From IMG/VR virus record IMGVR_UViG_3300020420_000671: a stretch of DNA of 64,000 nucleotides; one strand, 5' to 3'. The notes below the pieces were generated by a model. That model had not been told where the DNA came from, did not search any database, and saw only the letters and a program-made list of their open reading frames with translations. The translations under genes and the position numbers were made by a program. The stretch comes from a virus (taxonomy: Duplodnaviria; Caudoviricetes). This document shows, one piece after another, positions 54,380 through 61,893 of the stretch. Position 1 is the first letter of the stretch; each line of letters begins with the position of its first letter.

Positions 54380-54782
54380 TTTATTTTTGACTGCTTGTGG
54401 GGCGACATCCCAACAATATTCGTCCACAAGTATAAGCACAGGAGCAAGTACGGCTCAATACTATCATTCAAAAAACAGTATGCTAGGATTGGGTATAAAT
54501 TATTTTAAATGGACCTATCATATGATGGAACCTTATGATAGGGAGCAACAACAACATGCGATATTCTTCGCACTTAACAATCTACAAAACGGCGAAACAA
54601 CACGTTGGTATAATGGAAATACTGGCGCCAAAGGTGCGGTTCAAGTAGCAATGACTTATCCGCAAGGAAGTGGTTATTGTAGGGTTTTAATGAGTCAAAT
54701 CTACTATAAAGGTAAGCAAAGAGACTTTAAAGAGACAGCTTGTATTAACTCTGTTGATAACACCTGGCGTTTCGTCCGATAA
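54318..54782 (+). CDS. lipoprotein with 17-kDa surface antigen-like domain (start uncertain)
   Basis: LTAC lipobox; TTRWYN...GYCR...ETAC. Confidence 0.65.
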   Translation: MALYVKNSTVVGKSLIILTISLFLTACGATSQQYSSTSISTGASTAQYYHSKNSMLGLGINYFKWTYHMMEPYDREQQQHAIFFALNNLQNGETTRWYNGNTGAKGAVQVAMTYPQGSGYCRVLMSQIYYKGKQRDFKETACINSVDNTWRFVR

Positions 54783-54806
54783 ATATTAAATTAATAAAGG
54801 ACGATT

Positions 54807-56807
54807 ATGGCATTAGGTATATTAGTATTATTATCTGCTTTAAGTATTTCAGCAGTAGCGATTTATTACAGTATAGCAGGACTCGTAGCAATATTTGCCG
54901 CGGCCGCTATTCCCATCATGGTTATGGGAACTGTATTAGAAGTAGGTAAACTTGTAACCGCGGTATGGTTACATAAGTATTGGGGTAAGGCAGTATGGTG
55001 GCTGAAAACTTATTTAAGTGTTGCCGTTGTCGTCCTTATGTTTATTACAAGTATGGGTATCTTTGGATATCTATCAAAAGCACATATCGAACAAACATCA
55101 GCAAGTATTGAAACAACTGAAAAAATAACACAACTAGAAACAGAGATTGCTCGTTATACAGGAATTGTTGAAAGAGCAGAACAAAAGATTGATAAGGCTG
55201 AAAACGCCGGTGCCAATAAAAATGATACAATACAGGATCAAATAGATAGAGAACAAAAACGTATTGATACTGCCTACGATAGAATACAACCTTTAGTACA
55301 AGAACAACAAAACCTAATACAACAGGAAATTATTAGAAAAGATAAGAAAATAGAACCTTATCTTGCCCAAGTGTCTAATATAGATGCTGACTTACAAACA
55401 CTTTCAGATTTGCTTAATAGACGTGATAGGGAAAGTATTAGACGTTTACAAAGTATTGTTGGAACTAGAGTGGATGGCACATATGGTAGTAGAACTGCTA
55501 AACAGGTTGAAAATTATAGAGATGGCCTTATCGCTAAACGTGAAAGCATACTAGAAACAATAGCCCAATTAGAAGAAAAAGATTCTCCTATTATTACTGC
55601 GGCAAACGAAGAAATAAAAAGATTACGTAACATTGCTGAACAGGAAATAGCAGATTCAAATAAAGTTATTAACAAATTAAGAAGTGAGATTGGCAATGTT
55701 GTTACTACTGACAGCACAGATTTTATAGATGCTGAATTACTTAAAATTAAAAATGCTAACGTAGAAATAGAACTTCTTACAGAAGAAAAGTATAAAATAG
55801 AAGCTGAGTATAGGAAACTAGAAGCTGAAGTAGGTCCTATTAAGTACATAGCTGAATTTGTATACGGTGAAGAAGCCGATAGAGATTTATTAGAAGAAGC
55901 CGTAAGATGGGTAATAATTTTAATTATATTTGTATTTGACCCATTGGCTGTTTTGTTGTTAATCGCAAGTCAATATACATTTGACTTTGCTAACCCTAAA
56001 CGCAGGGGGTTAGCCTGGCGTGAGTACGAACAAGCCAGGGCTAAAAAAATTATGGAGAATGTAAATGATACATCAGATACTACAGTACCAGTTCAAGAAT
56101 CTACAGATGATGGACCAGATGATGGGGACGAAAAACGAAATGATCTACAAGAAATTAATGTGGCAGATAATGAACGAGATGGAGAAGCCGGTAATGAAGC
56201 AGATATTCAGTCAGGGCCGGAAGTGGAGAAGATTGAAGAACAAGTTCCTGACACCGAAGTAGAATCAGACACTATCGAAAAAAAAGATACCGCATCATCG
56301 GAAGAGTCAAAAACAGATTTAGATAATTGGAATGAATGGGTAGAGGCCGCAAATAAAGAAGCTGAAAAAGAAGTAGAAAAAGAACCAGAAGTAATCACAG
56401 GTATAGGAGCAGTGAAAGGTACTTTCAAACAAGCAGAAGTAGAAAAACAAAAACAAGAGGAGATGTTGGCCGGTGACGACAATCCTAAAAAGACAGAAAT
56501 AAAAGAACGGGCTTCACTTGTACAAAAGTATGATCAAGATAATGCTTGGTCTGAGGCGAAAAGAATATGGAAATCTAAGAATCCAGAACAAAACATTAAA
56601 GATTGGAAACATGCTTTCATTTCAGGCAGGATACATGAATTACCATGGCAACAATACTTAGATTATCAAGATAAAGAAGTACAAGACGCATTAGAAAGTA
56701 GAATCAAGCCCGATTTAACCGAAGTAATTGAACCAGATGGATACAAACAAAATGCTGAACAAAGTGATAAGTCAGTATGGAGCAAGATACGTGACAATGA
56801 AAAATAA
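54807..56807 (+). CDS. large membrane-anchored coiled-coil protein with peptidoglycan-binding-like motif
   Basis: Three N-terminal TMs, long coiled coil, LQSIVGTRVDGTYGSRT, a further TM, acidic tail. Confidence 0.7.
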   Translation: MALGILVLLSALSISAVAIYYSIAGLVAIFAAAAIPIMVMGTVLEVGKLVTAVWLHKYWGKAVWWLKTYLSVAVVVLMFITSMGIFGYLSKAHIEQTSASIETTEKITQLETEIARYTGIVERAEQKIDKAENAGANKNDTIQDQIDREQKRIDTAYDRIQPLVQEQQNLIQQEIIRKDKKIEPYLAQVSNIDADLQTLSDLLNRRDRESIRRLQSIVGTRVDGTYGSRTAKQVENYRDGLIAKRESILETIAQLEEKDSPIITAANEEIKRLRNIAEQEIADSNKVINKLRSEIGNVVTTDSTDFIDAELLKIKNANVEIELLTEEKYKIEAEYRKLEAEVGPIKYIAEFVYGEEADRDLLEEAVRWVIILIIFVFDPLAVLLLIASQYTFDFANPKRRGLAWREYEQARAKKIMENVNDTSDTTVPVQESTDDGPDDGDEKRNDLQEINVADNERDGEAGNEADIQSGPEVEKIEEQVPDTEVESDTIEKKDTASSEESKTDLDNWNEWVEAANKEAEKEVEKEPEVITGIGAVKGTFKQAEVEKQKQEEMLAGDDNPKKTEIKERASLVQKYDQDNAWSEAKRIWKSKNPEQNIKDWKHAFISGRIHELPWQQYLDYQDKEVQDALESRIKPDLTEVIEPDGYKQNAEQSDKSVWSKIRDNEK

Positions 56808-56815
56808 GTATTAGG

Positions 56816-57205
56816 ATGACTGATACTCTTATTAATTTGATCACATATCCAGATAAACTTTTTAATGATAACAAAAGTCTAATATTTGTTAACCCTAGCG
56901 ATATTTTAAAAAACCATTTTAACGAATTAGCTAAAGATCTAAAAAGTCCTATAAATGTATATCTATATGAAAACAATAAGGACGAAATAGAATGGTTACT
57001 AGATGTAAGCCAAAACGTAGATAATATCATATTAGATATTGATAATACCAAAATAGAACAATGGGTAATTGGTTATCTACTTAACTTTGGCAAAACTTTT
57101 TACTTGACAAACCAGGTGAGTATGCCTTATAATATAATTAATTCAAATAGAATATATGAGTTAAAACAATTTATGGAAGGAGTAAAATATTTTGAGATAC
57201 AATAA
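56816..57205 (+). CDS. hypothetical protein
   Basis: 129-aa ORF. Confidence 0.7.
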   Translation: MTDTLINLITYPDKLFNDNKSLIFVNPSDILKNHFNELAKDLKSPINVYLYENNKDEIEWLLDVSQNVDNIILDIDNTKIEQWVIGYLLNFGKTFYLTNQVSMPYNIINSNRIYELKQFMEGVKYFEIQ

Positions 57206-57458
57206 ATTTAATAGAAGGCATGACAGGAATAAAGAAAAAGAAATTGGTAAAGGCATATATGTAGAAGTACGTGGCGGTGATGCTACAAAAGCTATTAGAA
57301 TTTTTAAAAAGAAAGTTCAAGACGCAGGCATTATACAAGAATATAGAGAACGACAGTATTATGTCAAGCCCAGCGAGAAGAAGAGAAAAGCCAAACAAGC
57401 TGGTAGAAAACGTTGGGAAAAGAAACAAGAAAAAGATAAATTAGAGCGAGGATATTAA
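57192..57458 (+). CDS. rpsU: ribosomal protein bS21
   Basis: VEVR..DATKAIRIFKKKV..AGIIQEYRERQYYVKPSEKK. Confidence 0.9.
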   Translation: MRYNKFNRRHDRNKEKEIGKGIYVEVRGGDATKAIRIFKKKVQDAGIIQEYRERQYYVKPSEKKRKAKQAGRKRWEKKQEKDKLERGY

Positions 57459-57461
57459 TCA

Positions 57462-58037
57462 ATGCCACTAAAGGCAGAAGCATGGTTTCCTAGTCTTATC
57501 TGGTCTGGATTACTAGACAATACTCATAACGACAAAATCAAAAAATTTGCTTATGAAAGAAAAGAGCAAGACGAAGGGGTTGAGTTATCTAACTACATAG
57601 GCTGGCAAAGCAGTTCTATTAGGCAAGGAGATAATGAAACATTTGATAGACTAGTTGAATCCATATCTTCTAATGTTGAAGATTGTAGAAACCTAGTTGA
57701 ACTTCCTGAATTACAACTTTATAATATTTGGATTAACATTAACACACCTGGAGCATATAATGCCTTACACAATCACCCAGGAAGTGTTTTAAGTGGTGTT
57801 TACTATGTAGAGAGTACTGAAGAACAAGGTAACATATTTTTTGAAAGAGGTGATAATGCTGAATATTTTTTACCTCCCGTGAAACAAACTAATTACTTCA
57901 ATGGTACTGCTACGTCATATAAAGCTATAACAGGTGCTATGTATGTGTTTCCTAGCTGGTTAAAGCATAGTGTACAACCTAATAAAACAGATAAAGATAG
58001 AATATCAATATCATTTAACTACGGAGTGAAAAAATGA
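57462..58037 (+). CDS. 2OG-Fe(II) oxygenase (TIGR02466-like)
   Basis: HNHPGSVLSGVYYV, FPSWLKHSV and RISISFN motifs. Confidence 0.85.
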   Translation: MPLKAEAWFPSLIWSGLLDNTHNDKIKKFAYERKEQDEGVELSNYIGWQSSSIRQGDNETFDRLVESISSNVEDCRNLVELPELQLYNIWININTPGAYNALHNHPGSVLSGVYYVESTEEQGNIFFERGDNAEYFLPPVKQTNYFNGTATSYKAITGAMYVFPSWLKHSVQPNKTDKDRISISFNYGVKK

Positions 58038-59083
58038 GAATCGAACAGGATATTAAATTAGATTACCAAGACGTGCTTTTTAAGCCAAAGCGATCTACTT
58101 TAACATCAAGAAAAGATGTAGATCTTACAAGAACATTTAAATTTTACAATAGCGGAAAAGAATGGACAGGCATTCCTATCATGTCAAGCAACATGGACGG
58201 AGTAGGAACATTCGCTATGGCTAAAGTTTTACAAGAACAAAAGATGATTACTGTGTTGAGAAAACACTACACACTAGACGATTGGAAAGTAGCCATAGGT
58301 GACGGTGTAAAGATGAAGTATCTTTCTGTGTGTACAGGTACAGGCGTGATATGGGATAAAGATGCTTTAGATTATAACACTATGAAAAAGGTATTAGAAA
58401 AATATCCAGATGTGCCTTTTATCTGTGTTGACGTAGCAAATGGCTATCATGAAAATTACGGTGACTTTATAGAAAAATTAAGATACGAATACCAAGATAA
58501 AACAATTATTGCTGGCAATGTAATCACAGCCGAAATGACTGAGGAACTGATCCTACGAGGTGCTGATATTGTTAAATGCGGAATTGGTCCTGGATCTGTA
58601 TGTACAACTAGATTAATGACTGGTGTTGGTGTTCCACAATTATCTGGTATTATTGAATGTGCTGATGCGGCCAATGGCGTAGGAGGACACATTATTGCTG
58701 ACGGTGGTTGTGTGTATCCAGGAGATGTAGCAAAGGCATTTGGAGCAGGAGCACACTTTGTAATGCTAGGAGGCATGTTAGCAGGACATGATGAAGCAGA
58801 AGGTGAAGTTGTTAATGGCAAGGTACAGTTTTATGGCATGAGTTCAAATGCGGCAATGTCCAAGCACGGATCACGTAAAGACGGTTATAGAGGTGCTGAA
58901 GGTAAAGTTGTAGAGTTGCCACATAAAGGACCAGTAAGAGATACAGTTACAGAAATACTAGGCGGTGTTAGATCAGCGGCAACATATATTGGTGCTAAAC
59001 GTATAAAAGACATGCCAAAATGTACTACCTTTGTACGTGTGAACAATGTAGTAAATCAGGTATACAAATCATTTGAAGCATAA
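58034..59083 (+). CDS. guaC: GMP reductase
   Basis: KLDYQDVLFKPKRS, SSNMDGVG, VDVANGY and GIGPGSVCTTR motifs. Confidence 0.95.
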   Translation: MRIEQDIKLDYQDVLFKPKRSTLTSRKDVDLTRTFKFYNSGKEWTGIPIMSSNMDGVGTFAMAKVLQEQKMITVLRKHYTLDDWKVAIGDGVKMKYLSVCTGTGVIWDKDALDYNTMKKVLEKYPDVPFICVDVANGYHENYGDFIEKLRYEYQDKTIIAGNVITAEMTEELILRGADIVKCGIGPGSVCTTRLMTGVGVPQLSGIIECADAANGVGGHIIADGGCVYPGDVAKAFGAGAHFVMLGGMLAGHDEAEGEVVNGKVQFYGMSSNAAMSKHGSRKDGYRGAEGKVVELPHKGPVRDTVTEILGGVRSAATYIGAKRIKDMPKCTTFVRVNNVVNQVYKSFEA

Positions 59084-59246
59084 ATTGGTTAAAAACATAG
59101 GAAAAATCACTTGACTTTTAGCCTAATCATGCTTATATTAGTATTAGTATGATAAATACTATTGTTGAAGATATGCCAGGGTTGGGTATTTTCAATAGGG
59201 CATGTAGCCCAAATAACGTTAACTTGCTTAATATAAGGAGAAAACA

Positions 59247-59687
59247 ATGACAAGAGTAACTACACTAAACCTACCCACTTTTCACAGATCAATGATTGGC
59301 TTCGACAGCTTGTTCGATGAGATGGACAGAATGTTCGAAAACAGTTCTAATGGATCAGGTGGATACCCTCCATACAATATTGCTAAAATCAACGAAGATG
59401 AGTTTATGATCTCAATCGCAGTTGCTGGCTTTGGTATGGATAACCTAAAGATTGAAAAGGACAAGAATGTGCTTACAATCGAAGGAACACAGCCTAAAGG
59501 CGTTGATGAAGTAAACTATGTTCACAGAGGTATTGCTGGACGTAACTTTACTAGACAATTTACATTAGCAGAACACGTTGATGTAAAATCAGCTAAACTA
59601 GAAAAGGGCATGTTAAATGTTCACCTAGTTAGAGAAGTTCCAGAAGAACTTAAACCAAAAACAATTGATATTGTTGAGGCTGAGTAA
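59247..59687 (+). CDS. small heat-shock protein Hsp20 (IbpA-like)
   Basis: IGFD..FD, YPPYNI, IAVAGF, HRGIA.RNF and GML motifs. Confidence 0.95.
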   Translation: MTRVTTLNLPTFHRSMIGFDSLFDEMDRMFENSSNGSGGYPPYNIAKINEDEFMISIAVAGFGMDNLKIEKDKNVLTIEGTQPKGVDEVNYVHRGIAGRNFTRQFTLAEHVDVKSAKLEKGMLNVHLVREVPEELKPKTIDIVEAE

Positions 59688-59736
59688 CAGAGGTAAGTTT
59701 AGGGGGTGAAAACCCCCTAGACAGACAGGATTTATT

Positions 59737-60051
59737 ATGACTGAGATTATTTTAGAAAAAGAAATAAACGTAAAAGAGCAGATTGAAGAAGTTACTAAAG
59801 AACCTTCAAAGTATAAGGTCATATTTATGAATGATAACGAAACTCCTATGGACTTCGTTGTTGCTCTTTTAATAGAAATATTCAAACATTCAGAAAAAAC
59901 CGCCCAAGAGTTGACCATGAAAATACATGCTGATGGTCAGGCAATAGTAGGTATATACTCGTTCGAAATAGCAGAACAAAAGGCAGTAGAGGCCACTAAA
60001 TTATCACGTGAAAATGGCTATCCACTACAGATAGCAATAGACAAAGAATAG
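59737..60051 (+). CDS. clpS: ClpS N-degron adaptor
   Basis: YKVIFMNDNETPMDFVV..L and IHADG..IVG motifs. Confidence 0.9.
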   Translation: MTEIILEKEINVKEQIEEVTKEPSKYKVIFMNDNETPMDFVVALLIEIFKHSEKTAQELTMKIHADGQAIVGIYSFEIAEQKAVEATKLSRENGYPLQIAIDKE

Positions 60052-60094
60052 CATAAATACTTTGTTGAATGATAATTTTTACAAGGAGTAAAGC

Positions 60095-60676
60095 ATGAGT
60101 TTAGAATCTTTAACACAAGCGGCAAAACAAAATGCTGACAGAACGGAATTTGCTCGAGTAATGACAGCAGGTAATCTATCAGAGGACAAGTATAAAACTT
60201 TCCTTTGGAATGCTTATTTGGTGTACGATATCCTAGAAGATGTTGCGGCAAGTATGGGTGCATTTGCGCCTATGGATCCTTCAATGCCAGCTGATGATTT
60301 ACCACTTGATGGACTTAAACAAGCAGATGATATATTAGCAGACTTTGTTGAACTAGGTGGCGATCCAGATAATCCTCCAGCAGTAGTACAAGCTACTGAG
60401 GATTACAGAAGTCACGTCGTGAAAAATATACAACACGACAAGCAGAAGCTTATAGCTCACTTATATGTTAATCATATGACGGACTTAACTAACGGACCAA
60501 CATTAGAGAAAAAAGTACCAGGTTCAGGAAAAATGTACAAGTTTGAAGAAATGTCTCACTCTATCGAGGAGATGAAAGAACTTGTTTCAAGACGTTTTTC
60601 TGATGATGATGCTATTGAAGCTAACATTGGTTTTGGTTACAGAACACAACAGTACGAACAGTTAAACGCACTATAA
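60095..60676 (+). CDS. heme oxygenase (HemO)-like protein with divergent active site
   Basis: HO-type layout (KLIAHLYV, KKVPGSGKMYKF) next to pcyX; proximal His and GDLSGG are not conserved. Confidence 0.7.
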   Translation: MSLESLTQAAKQNADRTEFARVMTAGNLSEDKYKTFLWNAYLVYDILEDVAASMGAFAPMDPSMPADDLPLDGLKQADDILADFVELGGDPDNPPAVVQATEDYRSHVVKNIQHDKQKLIAHLYVNHMTDLTNGPTLEKKVPGSGKMYKFEEMSHSIEEMKELVSRRFSDDDAIEANIGFGYRTQQYEQLNAL

Positions 60677-60677
60677 G

Positions 60678-61361
60678 ATGATTTGGGACAAACTGGTTGA
60701 ATGCCAGGACCAAATCATTAAACTGTTCGATCATCATGGGACTGAGATAAATGAACCAGGAATGGATCATTTTAATCAACCCGGAAGCGGATGGATTAAC
60801 AGAGTCTGGGCAAACGACGACATCAGAAGAGCTCACATAGACGTGGTAGATGCTAGAGATACAAAAGGTCTCTGGATGATGCACGTTTGTGTTTTACCTC
60901 AACTTAACAACGATGGACCTATATACGGCTTTGATGTTATAGCAGGTAAAACAAAAATGACAGGAGCATTCCACGATTTTTCAGCAAGTTCAGGTGGCGA
61001 AGACCATCCAATGGTTCAATGGTATCAGGATGAGGTAAAAGATTTTATTCCGGAGAAAAAAAGAGAACTTCCGGAATGGGCAACAAATATTTTTACTCCT
61101 AGCATGATTGCGGCAAGTAATGTCAAGGAAGAAGAAGCATCAGTTATCATTCAAATAGCTCTTGATAATCTTTTCGAGTATCTTGATACCATTGGTGAAT
61201 ACACAGGACAAGGCGATAGAGATCTAACTCTAGCAAGCCAAAATTATTATTGTCATAATCAGCAACAGAACCCACATACGCCTAGAGTTATGAAATCCTT
61301 AGGATTAAATGAAGCTGACGTAGAAAAGTTCTGTACTGATATGTTATTTCCGAAAAGTTAA
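60678..61361 (+). CDS. pcyX: ferredoxin-dependent bilin reductase, PcyX-like
   Basis: RRAHIDVVD, MMHVC, PIYGFDVIAG, GAFHDFS, RELPEWA..IF and QQQNPHT motifs. Confidence 0.85.
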   Translation: MIWDKLVECQDQIIKLFDHHGTEINEPGMDHFNQPGSGWINRVWANDDIRRAHIDVVDARDTKGLWMMHVCVLPQLNNDGPIYGFDVIAGKTKMTGAFHDFSASSGGEDHPMVQWYQDEVKDFIPEKKRELPEWATNIFTPSMIAASNVKEEEASVIIQIALDNLFEYLDTIGEYTGQGDRDLTLASQNYYCHNQQQNPHTPRVMKSLGLNEADVEKFCTDMLFPKS

Positions 61362-61870
61362 TTAGCCTTTACAGGATTATTCAATGGATTGTCTAATGCT
61401 CTCTGTATCTTAAGATCTAACTGTTCTTCAAGTTCATCGATCTTCTTATCCAGTCTATCTAGTTTGCTATCCATTCTTAATTCAAATGTATTGATAACAC
61501 CTCTAACTGTGTCAACATTAGCCCTGTTTCTTTCGTCCTGTTTGTCCATGCTGTCATGTAAATCTCCTACATCATCTTTGAGTTCTATCTTTATATCATG
61601 AACATCACTTTTTGTATCACCTAAAGTCTCTTTGAACATACCTATTTCGTCTTTCATTAAGATATAGTCCTCTTTAAGTATTGCTAGGTTTTTATCAAAT
61701 TCGCTAAGGTCGGGAGCCACATAAGCATCTATCTTTTTCTCCATCATAAGATATCTGTTATAAAGTTCAAAGCCTCCCCAAAGTCCACCGATAATGGTAC
61801 CCACTAAAGGAATGACAAGTAACAATTTACTGCCGCCTACTTTGATACCTTTATATTCTATTTCTGCCAT
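61358..61870 (-). CDS. membrane-anchored coiled-coil protein
   Basis: N-terminal TM then heptad repeats; ends ALDNPL. Confidence 0.7.
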   Translation of the reverse strand: MAEIEYKGIKVGGSKLLLVIPLVGTIIGGLWGGFELYNRYLMMEKKIDAYVAPDLSEFDKNLAILKEDYILMKDEIGMFKETLGDTKSDVHDIKIELKDDVGDLHDSMDKQDERNRANVDTVRGVINTFELRMDSKLDRLDKKIDELEEQLDLKIQRALDNPLNNPVKAN

Positions 61871-61893
61871 GTGTTTCTCCTATTAAATAGTAT

